A stretch of 64,000 nucleotides of DNA from Octopus bimaculoides. Its lineage: Eukaryota. This document shows, in pieces, positions 50,601 to 64,000 of the stretch (positions within the stretch are counted from its first letter, which is position 1; each line of letters starts with the position of its first letter). The notes beneath the pieces are model-generated. The model was not told the DNA's origin. It worked only from the letters and a program-made list of their open reading frames with translations, and ran no database searches. The stretch is from assembly GCF_001194135.2 (NCBI RefSeq), contig NC_068992.1, positions 20,288,545 to 20,352,544 on the forward strand, written 5' to 3'. A program made the position numbers and the translations under genes.

Positions 50601-51904
50601 TAACCGTTAACACAATTTAATTTACACTAAATTATGGATGACTTAAGTTTATTTTTAATTTGCCCATTCTTACAAACACCCAGCATTTGTATAGTTTGTA
50701 CTGAGTTAAAATCATCTCTTCACCATAATATAAAATGAAAAATTACTCTTTAATCTTTTACTGTAAACAAGAACTATAGAAATTATCTGAAAGTCGCCCT
50801 ATCTCTTACTAAAATCCTCACAAAATATTTTCTAAAATAACTACACAAACCTACATTTATGCGTAAAATGTATAATTTTATGCAAGCAAACAGAAAGACC
50901 CCTTCCCATTATCTGCTTTTTTTTTAATTAAAAAATTATATATTTTAGTTTTGTTCTTTTGTTTTTTTACACTTGAATATATGCACACATATATTGGCTC
51001 TCTTGTATATTCTGAAAATTGTACAATCAGAAACATTCTTTGATCGGAGTCCCTCGCAATATTATTTCAACCATGAATGAATCAGAACCAGTGATGTCAC
51101 TGTTGCCTTCGAATATGAATGATGTGAAGCAATGGCTGTTTATTTGAAATCCCTTCATCGGTTGCGATATAAAACAAACTATTGTACAAAATCTAATCTA
51201 CATTTATAACAACGGAAGCAAGTTCTAAATCCAAGATTCATAAGATTCAGTTTCATTTTCGTCCTTTAATAACTAATATAGAAAGATGCACGTCTGCTCT
51301 AAGGTGCATCAAGTGTCTACATTTATCATCGTCTGTAAAGCAATGACTGGGAACAGTAAAAACTTACCGTACATGGAGATGTCGCTCATATATTTCCCAT
51401 TTATATATCTTCCACGTTTATTTTATGAATATGTTAGCCTGCCACCGGCTGCCACAACTTACGCAGTAGAAAAGAAAAGCACCTCTTTCTCACAACATAA
51501 AATTCTGAAGGCAACTCTTCCTTCGACAGCTGGAAATTCTTCCTTTTATCTGTTTCAAAATTTATTGATATGTTTTTCTCAGAGAAAATATACTAAAAGA
51601 AGTATTAACTAAGATCTTCTAATCCAGTTTATGCATAGTTTGTGAGTGATATGTTTGATCAAAACAGCCGATTCTCTAGCTCTTTTCTGTTGTTGTCTTC
51701 TAGTTACTACATACTATTTTTTGATAAAGCTCTTTGCTTCCTTGTTACCTTCTTCTGTTCTGTAATCGTTATGATTGTTATTGCATAGCCCACGCCACCT
51801 GTGATTGGGTTAACTTCCAACTGAACCAGATCCAACCGTTACACTAGCTACTAATTGTCAGTTCCCGTTTGGCTTTATATAATTTGGAACTTGGGATTAT
51901 ATTG

Positions 51905-52105
51905 TTTTCTACTCTAGGCACAAGGCCCGAAATTTTGGAGGAAGAGGGCCAGTCGATTAGATCGATTCCAGTACGCAACTTGTACTTACGTTATCGACAC
52001 CAAAAGGATGAAAAGCAAAGTCGACCTCGGCGGAATTTGAAACCAGAAGATAAGGACAGGCGAAACACCGATTTGCATTTCGCACGGTGTGCTAACGTTT
52101 CCTCC
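51905..52105 (-). mobile_element. SINE family C copy (other copies + strand ~24758-24925, 25725-25915, 32165-32320; - strand ~3110-3205)
   Basis: Reverse complement begins ggcagcgagttggaggaaacgttagcacaccg (tRNA-like head) and contains ttcaaattccgccgaggtcgactttgc...ttcatcct, shared with the listed copies. Confidence 0.75.
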
Positions 52106-52409
52106 AACTCGCTGCCTGGAATTTGGAATTATATTATGAAATAGATATGTTTTTCAAATTACAGAATATGGCATTAGAGTCGAGTTGTACCTGCAGATGA
52201 TCTCTAATTGACACGCATATGTTGCTCTTAATTGCATCAATGTTATTTTTGCTTCTGAGTGTACAGTTTGTCGAAAGCGTTGCTATTGTCTTTATTTTGT
52301 TACTTCTATTATTTCCTTTAGTTAATCGCCTATTGCTACGGTTAATGCTGTGGCTGAAGTTATTTTTATGAAATTCACTGCTACTATTAGACATGGAAAA
52401 ATTCAACAA

Positions 52410-52630
52410 ATGTTCAACTCTCTTCTTTCTAATTGTTCCATCTAAAATATTTTTCTTGCTAAGCAGCTTTGAACCAATCCTAGACTTGTAAAAAAATATC
52501 GCAAGTTATATTGCGACCTGTATTTTCAAACTCTTTTACTAGGTCTTCAACATTTCCTGAACTTTGATTTGTCTCTTTCTCTTTTACTGGGTCTTTTCCA
52601 GTTTAGATCTGCATTTTCCAGACATTTTCT
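52410..52630 (-). mobile_element. piggyBac transposase fragment
   Basis: Minus strand VWKMQI*TGKDPVKEKETNQSSGNVEDLVKEFENTGRNITCDIF, then frameshifted TSLGL, matches the piggyBac/PGBD4 core YTGK...VxDLV...GRNITxDNFFTS. Confidence 0.8.
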
Positions 52631-53150
52631 CTATCATGCATATTGGCGTGTCTTACGACTGGAAGCTTATTCAGGATTTTCTACTTCAGTTTTGTCATAG
52701 GCTCTCTATGTTCTTCAGTAAATGTGCAGTCTTCAAATATTGTTTCTTTACCACATTCCTCGCTATCTTTAGCAGATTCATTACAACTTATTTCTCAAGA
52801 CGTTTGCATGTTCTGGTCAGAAGGCAGTCTTTCAATTGAGACACGTGGAGAGTTGCTCTCTTCCTCTAGTTCTTCATTTCCATGTTGTCTTATATTAAAG
52901 TCATCTTCCGCTGCGTGCTTGGTCGCAGTTATTTTACTATCTGTGAATCTTTTACTTCTGTAGATATCCCTCCTCACATTTGCTAACTTGTTTTTGTCCA
53001 AATATAGTCTGCTGTCTTGATTTCGTGTTCTCTATATTTGATAAGAGTGTGAGGTGTATTTCTCTTGGGATATTCTGCCTAATGCATAGTAATAGGCGTA
53101 TATTGCTACTGCATACTCTTCTCGGGTCCATTCGGTCTGTTTCCATTTTT
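52631..53150 (-). mobile_element. 5' ORF fragment of an R4/Dong-like retrotransposon
   Basis: Minus strand: EWTREEY, YYYALGR...YLDKNKLANVRRDIYRSKRFTDSKI, and KILNKLPVVRHANMHDRE. These resemble the N-terminal region of R4/Dong ORFs (WTxEE...LANxRRxI). Family assignment is from remembered consensus. Confidence 0.6.
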
Positions 53151-56100
53151 TTTACTGTTGTCGGTGTGGTGGTACACTTGGTGGGGCGGGGGTCGAGTTG
53201 GGGCAGTTCCCATTCAAGCGACCATTTACGTTCGTATTCAGAGAACAATTTGTGCCAGTGGGTGACTTTTCGACCACAAGCTGGCTTTCTCCAGGGAGAC
53301 GCGCTTCCAGATTAACCATAGGACAAGCGATTTGGTGTGCCGTTGTAATTTTCCTTTTTTGTCTCGTTAGACATATTTGTGCTACATTAAAATTATTAGT
53401 ATTCAGCTCTGTATTGTAACAGATGTAGAAACGGTTGTTGTCGACTCCACCATTAATACAGTCGCAGTTACTTTAACCTTGTTATTACAAATTCCTCACC
53501 GTTAGCTACCACCAATAATGCCTTGATCTGTATCGTTGTGGCTAACATTTGTAACCATGGCAACAGTATAACCGTTATTTATTTAAATCTGCCATCTTTG
53601 CTCCTACTACCGTGTGGTATTATCAAATGTTGTTGAGCGTCGACTTTTGTCGTGTACTTGAGATAATCATAAATATGTGAGGGTTGAAGGGAATAGTAGG
53701 AGGAAGAGAAGCAAATTCCAAGTACGGCATATGATGAGAAGGAAACCAACAATGGGCCTTCGCATTTCTGTGCGCTCAGGAGACAAAAGAAACTTCACAC
53801 TTGTGGAGTCAGCAGAGGTCAAATGTGTTTATTACTAATGGCGATAAATGAGATCGCTGATCTTGGCCTTGAAAAGAACCAATTCACTTTACTGATAGAA
53901 AAAAACAATAATATATATATACTGATGTTCACATCGTTGAGTCTTTGGATTCCGGAATTTTTCATTTTTAATTTTTTCGAATTTTCTCTTTCTTTTTTTA
54001 GTTATGCTATAGTTTACAGTTTTCGTAATTGTGCAGTTTGTATTTATTTCCAGATACTTACCACCTCAATCTTTATCGTGCATTTAATTGTGTTGTTGCG
54101 ATAAAAAGTTTGTTTACATATCCGAGTAGTAAGGTAGAAAAGGTAAAATTTTCACAGAAAATTGTAGATATTAAAGTTTTTAGATTTTGCTAAGATGATC
54201 ATTTGTATGCCCGTTCAAAGAAAGCTGTAGTGTTTTTGCAATAAAAGAGATGTTTACATTTTCGAATACTCAGGGAGAAAGGAAAGGATAGGAGTTCACA
54301 GAAGTTGTAGATATTAAAGTTTTTTTTTTAAATGATGGTTTGTGTGGTCGAAAACTATTGAGGGAAATTTATTTATATTACTCACACGAAATTGTAGATG
54401 TTCCAGTTTTTCGATAGTTATTTTTCAGTTGCCTTGTTGAGTTGCATTAATGTTGCTGTATCATTGGCTGCTGACTGATCAGATATAATTGTTGTTGTTG
54501 TAATTGTTATTATTATTATGATTATTATTATTATTATTATTATTATTATCATTATTATTATTATTATTATTTGCTGAAGTTTTAGAAGACGTGAAATGAT
54601 ATTTACAATTGAATACTTTATTGCACATGGATGATTGTGTTTTATTTTGTGTAAATATTGAATATTTTGATTTATTTTGTAAAATGTTTTGCATAAACCA
54701 AAGTTTCAATCAAAAGCGACGTCTAGACGTCTAAGTAATCAGCTGTTTTAAGGTTTCATTCCAAAGTAATCGAAATGCCGAAATTTTAAAGAATGTAACG
54801 TTTCTTTTGTTACGTTTTATTTCTACGTTAATATGTTTATATAAGAAAACTTAGAATCGTGTCTATATAGGCGTCCTTGAAGAGAAGGCAATTGTTCTTC
54901 AATATTGTATAATTAATACAATACTGCAAGATCTATGACCTCAGTGCAAAGTCACTAGATCCGGTAGTGATATCACAAATTGTCAGGTCTAATTTTGCTA
55001 GTCCGTAATATATTTCCAAACATGATAGTAGCTTTCCTTGCATGTAGAATTATATCAATTTCATTTTGTCAATATTTTTATTTTCCATAGCAAAAAATGC
55101 GAGCTTTATTAAAGGTAGGATGAATTGATAAATTATAGCTATTAATATCATTTGGTAAAAATTTCATGTTCTATTTGTTTTTATTTCATTAAGTTTACAA
55201 ACCAGTCTATCACATTTTAAGAAACTGCCCAGAGATTAAGAGAAATAATAGATTTTTAAAGAAAGAATAATGCGATCTAAAATTTTGTACTCGCCCTCCC
55301 AATATCAAATTTGGAAGGGCAAATCAGTCTTACGCTAAGATATTCTTCGAAATATGATTTATGGTCATTTAGGTTAATCCTTGGTATTATAGGTTGATAA
55401 AGTTCCATTCGATCTTGAATATTAAAGTGGTTTGTTATTTTGATGTGTTAGTGCTTCTATATACGTGCATATGTTTTTGTTTGTATGCATGTATACGAAT
55501 GTATGTACATATTTATTCATAAATGTGTGTATGTATATGTGTATATATGTATACGTATATATATATGTATGTACGTAAATATATATATATATATATATAT
55601 ACTATTATATATATACTATTTCTTGTGCGCGAGTGTGTCATAATGTGCTTGTGTATATATTTATACGTATCTTTCGAGGGTAGAGTGTGTGTATCTCTCT
55701 GCGTATGTGTGCATGTATATGAGTGTATGTATGTGTATGTGCGTGCGTTGGTGTAGCTGTCTGTACTGATATCTCTGTACACACATCTAGTTTGATTTGT
55801 AATCGGAACAAGTGCAAATCAAAGATCTTTCGGAGTTCACTCGGAAACGCACATACTGTCAGTCAGTCTGCCTCTCTCTGTTCCCCTCTCTCCCTCTATC
55901 TCTCTTTCTAGCTTTCTATCTCTAGTCAGTCTTTATTATTGGTGACCAATTTTGTCAATGTGCCAGCAGTGATGCTGACTGAAATGCTACATGAATAGCG
56001 AGTCTTTACTTGACTCGGCCTTTCGATGAACATGAAAATATAGTGTCCCGTATCGGTCTGTGAAAACTACGCGAGTAGATTGTTTCAGTCCTTCACGATG

Positions 56101-58572
56101 TCAAATTTCAAGCAAAATGTGTCTACCAATCTATACTGCACAGATCAACCACCTTATTCCGGATGTCCCTTGCCCTGCGTAAGGAGTGGAATCATTGATA
56201 TAAGGAATAACATTTCTAACTAAAGAAATGACAAATATCCTTAATTCTTTCTCGATATATATTAACGTTAAAATTCCATGATAAAGTAAGTGGGTAAAAA
56301 GACAGTTTTTGTCACAAAATTAAAACATTGCATATCAGTGGATAAATATAAATATACTTACGTATGTACATATACACGATTAGATACTGACATATACATG
56401 TCTATAAGCTTGTCAGAAGAGGAGGAGCTGTTTCCATGAACTTAGCCGCCCATTCTAGCCTCGTCAAATCCATGATGATAATAGTCAATATAAAAAAAAC
56501 ACGGGAAGCAGAGACATACATACAAAATCATATACAAGTCCATATATTTATATGTCTATTTCCTTCTCTCTCTCCCTCGCTCTCACTTTCTTTCTTTCTT
56601 TCTCTCTCTCTCTCTTTATATATATANNNNNNNNNNNNNNNNNNNNNNNNNNNNNNNNNNNNNNNNNNNNNNNNNNNNNNNNNNNNNNNNNNNNNNNNNN
56701 NNNNNNNNNNNNNNNNNNNNNNNNNNNNNNNNNNNNNNNNNNNNNNNNNNNNNNNNNNNNNNNNNNNNNNNNNNNNNNNNNNNNNNNNNNNNNNNNNNNN
56801 NNNNNNNNNNNNNNNNNNNNNNNNNNNNNNNNNNNNNNNNNNNNNNNNNNNNNNNNNNNNNNNNNNNNNNNNNNNNNNNNNNNNNNNNNNNTAAATATAT
56901 ATATATGGACGTATTTATAAATGCGTACATATATACATATATTTACACACGTACATATATATATATACACACATGTACACACACATATTGATATATACAA
57001 TATATATATATATATTTATATATGTACACACACACACACACACGTATTGAAATATACATATAAAGACATACATATGTATGCGCGTGAGTGAGTGTGTGTT
57101 TGTGCGCGCACGTGTGTATAAGCTATATTTAACGGCAGTTAATATTATTTTGACATTTGCGAAAATCGAAAAATAAAATAAACGAAATAAATATTAATTT
57201 TGAAATGAAATATGGACATTCATAAAATATCCAATGGGCAGTTAGGTCAAAGTACGGCATTTAATCATTAAGGTCAATATAAAATATGAAAGAATTTTTT
57301 ATATTAGCTTTATCCACTTGTACATTGCTGAAAATATCAAAGATCAACAAAGTTTACCATTGTTTTATATGGTTATTATTCACACAGTTGCCTAAGGGTT
57401 CCTTTTTATAAGCACAATCATGTTATTCATAATAAACGGTAGTCACAACAGAGCCGCATCATCATCATTACAGTAAGTGCAGCCTCGGTTTCAGAAGTAT
57501 TTTCTTCTTCTCAGTATTTGTAGTAGTAGTAAGATTAATAAATGAACTACTATTACTATTCATAACAACAACAACGACAACAACAACAGCTGCAAAAACA
57601 GCAACAACAAAAAAAATTCTTTTTTTTTTCCTCGTTCAGTGATTTAACTGCAGCCATGCTGGAGCACCGCCTTCAACGGTTTTGGTCTAAGTGATCGACT
57701 CCAGGATTTATTCTTTGTAAGTCTAGTACTTATTATATCCTACCGGTCTCTTATAGCTGAACCGCTAATCTACGGAGACGTAAACACATCAACATCGGTT
57801 GTGATGCAATCGTGGGGGAACAAACAGTCATACAAACATATGTATACATGTGTCTGTGTGTATGTATGTATGTATGTATGTATGTATGTATGTATATATG
57901 TGTATATATNNNNNNNNNNNNNNNNNNNNNNNNNNNNNNNNNNNNNNNNNNNNNNNNNNNNNNNNNNNNNNNNNNNNNNNNNNNNNNNNNNNNNNNNNNN
58001 NNNNNNNNNNNNNNNNNNNNNNNNNNNNNNNNNNNNNNNNNNNNNNNNNNNNNNNNNNNNNNNNNNNNNNNNNNNNNNNNNNNNNNNNNNNNNNNNNNNN
58101 NNNNNNNNNNNNNNNNNNNNNNNNNNNNNNNNNNNNNNNNNNNNNNNNNNNNNNNNNNNNNNNNNNNNNNNNNNNNNNNNNNNNNNNNNNNNNNNNNNNN
58201 NNNNNNNNNNNNNNNNNNNNNNNNNNNNNNNNNNNNNNNNNNNNNNNNNNNNNNNNNNNNNNNNNNNNNNNNNNNNNNNNNNNNNNNNNNNNNNNNNNNN
58301 NNNNNNNNNNNNNNNNNNNNNNNNNNNNNNNNNNNNNNNNNNNNNNNNNNNNNNNNNNNNNNNNNNNNNNNNNNNNNNNNNNNNNNNNNNNNNNNNNNNN
58401 NNNNNNNNNNNNNNNNNNNNNNNNNNNNNNNNNNNNNNNNNNNNNNNNNNNNNNNNNNNNNNNNNNNNNNNNNNNNNNNNNNNNNNNNNNNNNNNNNNNN
58501 NNNNNNNNNNNNNNNNNNNNNNNNNNNNNNNNNNNNNNNNNNNNNNNNNNNNNNNNNNNNNNNNNNNNNNNN

Positions 58573-58660
<88 letters not shown>
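58573..58660. repeat. (TAT)n array, probably the tail of a minus-strand retroposon 3' end at 58661-58790
   Basis: The array is visible. The adjacent GC-richer unique sequence reads into (AAT)n on the minus strand; element identity is uncertain. Confidence 0.7.
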
Positions 58661-61600
58661 GTTTCAGCCCTTAACTTCTTAGACTCTAAGAGGGCCGGGC
58701 TGCATCCAGGTCGTGACTCCTGAGCGCCTCTCTGCTGACAATCTTTGCAATTTTTACAAATGAGAGGCATACATTCAAACCGCATGGTTATATAACTTTA
58801 CGCTCATCCGATTTAGCCGATATAGAAGGGAATACGATGGTTGCTCTCTATTGTCGGAGGTGGATTAGCACAACAGATCAGCGGTTGTTGTGAAAACAGT
58901 GGTGGAACAAAAAAAGGGGCCAGGCGATGAGTTATGGAGTTATGTCCCTTGGATGGGTGTGCTGTGAAGCCGGCGAGATTTATCTTGTCGTGAGGAAAGT
59001 GTGTATTGTTAATGTGATGCTCCCGTGAGGATGGGTTTTGTGGTATGTGTAGCTGTATCATGTGTATATTTTTTTCGTATGTGCGTGTGTATATGAAAGA
59101 GAGACAAAGAGACAAACAGAGAGTGTGTGTATATGAGAGAGAGACAGACAGACAAACAGCAAGTGTGCGTATGTGTGTGTATGTGTAAGTGTGCATGTGT
59201 GTGTGTGTATTTGTGTGTGTGTGTATGTGTGTGTGTGTGTGTAAAGTACAGTAGTGACTATCTTCTACTATGTGATTCAATGGAAATTTCTGTGCTTATC
59301 TAATTCTTCGATCGGCTACAATTGAAACATGAAACCTAGAAAATATGCCTCCATACCCACCAATAAATTATTTTTGTTCCTCTCAGCGTCTAACAAGAAT
59401 TATAACAAACAGTGTCCTATTGCACAAACATTCTATCTAGTGTAATACATCAAATTTATTTTCACTTTCGACCTTTTGAATGTTTATTGAAAGGAAATAC
59501 ATCTTTATTGACATAATCCATGCTTTTGTTCTGCTTTTAAGCATATACAACATAGGATGTGAACTCATTCTAATCATTAGTAATGACAGCTACGTTCTAG
59601 CAGTTGCACAAACATTTACGTCATTGGTGATTTCAAAACATAAGCTTTCTGTTCGGCATAAATACAGCGTTGTTGTTTTCAGTACGAATTGAACAAAAAC
59701 GATAAAAGTCAAAATGTTCTCTTCCATATATTATTGCCGTTCTCATTTAAAGGGACACATAAGCTAATCTCCCGTTGAATATAAGCAAAAGCACAGTCAA
59801 GATCCACCACAACATAAGCAAAAAGAAAGTTATAGTGATCATTTCTTTCTCAATATTTTAAGATGCATACTCTTTATATATTTCCCTATCTTATAATTCT
59901 TACGGCATTTATTGTCATATGCACATAACATAGCTCATTGACATTTTTAAGTTGAATACCGGATTTTATTTATCGTCACCAGTTACAGGTAATACATAAT
60001 AGAAAAAGTATGAAATTTATTCCATTATTACGTAAATATTTACAAAGGTGTGGTATGATTTACAAATTCGTCTGAATTCTAATTAGATCATCTCCCTAAA
60101 ATATATATAATGCACCAATGTTTGGTTAACGGGAAATGTAGTGAGTCTATTGTATATGCAGATTGTCCAAGGGCGGCGAAGCTGATGACGCTAACGTGTT
60201 CATGAATACATTCATATTGAGTTCTGCAGGAAACCAAAATTGAACAAATAAATAGGGATAATATATTAAATTCCAGAAAGCCGATACTCTTGATGCAAAA
60301 GGCAGATATAGCTATCAGAGCAACCTATACGGATGGACCCAAGCTCGATCACAATCGTGTGAAAAACAGTTGAGCAGAGAATGAGTGAATGAAGGTTGTA
60401 GAAGATGACCAATCGGTTTGAAGCAACTTCCATTTTAGACTGTATTGTCAATATAAGTGCCATAAGGAAGTGAGAGCAAATAAATGCATAAGAGGAGTGG
60501 TTAGTGAAGCGGATACAATAAGGAGGATCTTTGAGGATATGTTTGCAGTATCTCAATTGAGATATCATATGAGGTAGTTATCTCTAGGAGTTTTAATATG
60601 TCGAACACAATAAGGTTGAAGATAAATACAGTATAGACACCCTAAACAAAGACAAACACTGATTAAACAAACAAAGACACACAACTTTAACCCTTCAACA
60701 TATTCTCGACATGTTGCCCAATTCATTTTGTTCATAATATCAAATTATATTGAATATAAAATATTGCTAAGTAACTCAATTCCAAGAAATGACATTCGAA
60801 AATTGAATATGTAAATAAAAATTTCAATGATAAATTCATATCGACAAACTCCCATCCTAATGTTGTATTCAAATGACTATTTGTGCTGCTATTCCTCCTG
60901 AGACTATATTAGCTAGTAATCTCCAAGTGAATCATAGATATACACAACTACTAATTGTCAATCAAGATTTCTATTTAGGCTTCTTTACTTTCAATAAAAC
61001 ATTCAGTAATAGCGTGCATTAACCTTTGGTATGCATGAATATATATATATATATATATANNNNNNNNNNNNNNNNNNNNNNNNNNNNNNNNNNNNNNNNN
61101 NNNNNNNNNNNNNNNNNNNNNNNNNNNNNNNNNNNNNNNNNNNNNNNNNNNNNNNNNNNNNNNNNNNNNNNNNNNNNNNNNNNNNNNNNNNNNNNNNNNN
61201 NNNNNNNNNNNNNNNNNNNNNNNNNNNNNNNNNNNNNNNNNNNNNNNNNNNNNNNNNNNNNNNNNNNNNNNNNNNNNNNNNNNNNNNNNNNNNNNNNNNN
61301 NNNNNNNNNNNNNNNNNNNNNNNNNNNNNNNNNNNNNNNNNNNNNNNNNNNNNNNNNNNNNNNNNNNNNNNNNNNNNNNNNNNNNNNNNNNNNNNNNNNN
61401 NNNNNNNNNNNNNNNNNNNNNNNNNNNNNNNNNNNNNNNNNNNNNNNNNNNNNNNNNNNNNNNNNNNNNNNATACCCGTTCACAAAATTTCCAAAAATAA
61501 CATTCAATTTTGATTTATAGGCTGAACATATATTTCTAAATTATATTATCATCGTTTTAAAATTGAAATTTCATATTTATGGCCATATTCAATGCAATTT

Positions 61601-62704
61601 TGGAATATATTTGCACAGCATATTATTTAATTCTTAACACAACTTCTCTTTTTTAAATTTAAATTAGAAAAAATATATTTGCAAATAGCCATTATTATCG
61701 TGTTGATTTCAAGCCAATTCCGTTTTGAGTCAATAACTGAGCTTTGAGTAATATTGCACGTATTTTTCAACAGTCGATCAAGAAGCATTCTAATTCACTT
61801 TCTTTTTAAATCAAAACCAATTTTCTATCTTGTGGAATATTGTTCTCATTGTATCATGTCTTTTGAAGTTTCATATTCGGCGTGGAGAGGGTTTTGGACT
61901 TGGGTACCACCACATTACCTATCACCAAGGAAAGAAAATCCTGATAACGACTAAAATTATGTAGATGTTGGGTATGGTGAGGACGATGACAAAAACAACG
62001 ACAAGCAAGGTGATGACGACGATGGTGATGATAATGATGATGATGGGGAGTCGGTGGACAATGATGATATGAATAAATGTATGACTTTGTTTCTATCTAT
62101 ATATTTATCTTTGTGTGTGTATGTCTATCTCTCTAGCTATATCGATCTTTTTATCTATCTACCTATCTATATGTCTGTCTGACTGTCTGTCTGTCTGTCT
62201 GCCAATCTATCTTTTTGTGAATATGTGCGTGAGTATTGTGTGTGTGAGTATGTGTGTGTGTGTGTGTGTGTTTATGTGCCATTTATTACAGGAAGAATTA
62301 ACAAGGACTTGTGTGTTTAGTAAATAAACATGATGAGTAGGGGTGCTGCCACGCATTTAATGCTTATTTCCCATCTGTTCTCCCAAATAACATTTGCTTA
62401 TTACAAATACAGATTTTGAATTTTCCAGTTGTTAATGCTTACGCTTAATAAACAATAATAGTTGTCTATACACTACTACGTACTCCTACGCTTCATATTC
62501 TATTTGAAACTGTAGTCAAAGTTCTCATTGGTGATTTTACAAATACTTTAAAATAATGCATATTACACCGTTGATGATTTGGTTTGGATTATCTTTTGCA
62601 TTGGAAATCCGTTTTGGAGAGAAAAAGTCGAATTTTTCTATTGCAAGGGGTTTTATAAAACAATACTTAAACAGCTGGTACTTATTATATATATATATAT
62701 ATAT

Positions 62705-62759
<55 letters not shown>

Positions 62760-63967
62760 TGTGTGCGTTTGTGTTCGTCCCCAGCCACCGCTTGACAATT
62801 GGTGATGGCATGTCTACGTGCGCGTAACCTAGTTGTTTGGCAAAAGAAACTGATCGCATAAGTAACAGGCTTTAAAGAAATAAGCACTAGGGTCGATTAA
62901 TTAGACTAAAAATTCTCCACGGCGGTGCCTTAGCATGGCCATAATCTAGTGGGTGAAACACAGGAAATTATAAAAAATAAAACAACGGAGCCCATTCCGT
63001 AAGAGATGTTGACGTAAGTTATTACCGTCTCTAACATCACCAGAACGACTATGGATTACAGACTGGACTACGACCCTGTTCTGAGCGTTCGGATCAGCTC
63101 GCCACTTTTTTATTGATTCAAGAACTAATGTGACTTTTATACATATAGCAAATAATCTTATAAGAACTGTTGAAGGAAATGGGTGCTGCTTTAACTTTTC
63201 CCAGTCATGAATAAAAAAAAAAAAAACTGCTATCCGATATATTTCATGTAATAAAGAACTAAACTCGAAAATACATATATTCTAGTAAAAGCAATTAAAT
63301 GCTAAAATCATATAATTATCTAAATAACTTCAGACTAAGTATTTATGAATGACTTTTAATGATATTGAAATAAATCAAAAGTAAAAGAGAAGATGAAGAG
63401 TATTCTCAACGGAGTTTTAGGAAACAAATAAATAAATAGATTAGAAAATAATATATCAAATAAAACGTATCAAATCAAACACTTACAGATATATAGTCAT
63501 ATATACACGAACACATCATCACGCACATATTAATAAAATTCTTCATAATCCATAGCTTTATAATATATGCATACAAACACATATATAAAAAAAAATATTT
63601 ATATACATACATATAAACATACATATATACAAATTTATACATGTATCTATGCAGATAAATATACTTATATATACATATATGTGTGTGTGTGTGTATGCGT
63701 GCGTGTGTGTATGCGTGCGTGTGTGTGTCTGCATATATGTATATACATATACTTATATCTGTTGTGTGCGTGTGTATACATTTTCAATTCATTGTAATTC
63801 TATTTTCACAATTAAATAAGTATATATTTTTTTATTATTGTATACAATTAGCTATTCACACCGACATACGTATATAAGTATATATATATATATATACATA
63901 CTCAAACACTCCTGCATACACAACACAAAGACGCACACACACATACACACAAACACATACATACACC

Positions 63968-64000
<33 letters not shown>

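Noticed and set aside
53270-53315. GFLQGDALP, resembling the RT QGD motif
   Set aside because: Isolated, on the opposite strand to the adjacent R4-like fragment, and with no other RT motifs in frame.
60280-60560. TYTDGPKLD on the + strand, resembling an RNase H YTDGSK motif
   Set aside because: Single short motif with stops nearby; no further RNase H or RT residues recognisable.
62995-63112. GC-richer unique stretch ending in a T-run, like a Pol III small RNA
   Set aside because: No A/B boxes or recognisable snRNA, 7SK or vault motifs; no support without Infernal or expression data.

Overview
Eukaryotic, AT-rich, microsatellite- and retroposon-dense genomic DNA from a gapped short-read assembly (13 N-gaps, mostly flanked by (TA)n). 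The repeat landscape looks like an octopod cephalopod (Octopus-like); this is an inference, not a search result. Only one host gene is supportable: the last four coding exons (+ strand, 3624-19332) of a GPI-anchored immunoglobulin-superfamily cell-surface protein of the lachesin/DIP/IgLON type. These exons encode the second half of one Ig domain, a complete Ig domain, a charged/Pro-rich stalk and a GPI signal; the 5' exons lie outside the window. The remaining ~45 kb shows no recognisable host exons. It holds decayed mobile elements: Tc1/mariner relics and a MITE, Hero-like and R4/Dong-like RLE retrotransposons, an RTE LINE, a Penelope-like GIY-YIG element, a piggyBac fragment and many tRNA-derived SINEs. 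Nearly all ORFs in the supplied track are artefacts of microsatellites or N-runs. I see no convincing novel multi-gene system. The best second-look items are the Ig gene and its splicing options, a degenerate hammerhead-like motif and an inverted repeat in its long intron, a Hero/R4 junction, and the repeated association of R4/Dong relics with (AAT)n arrays.
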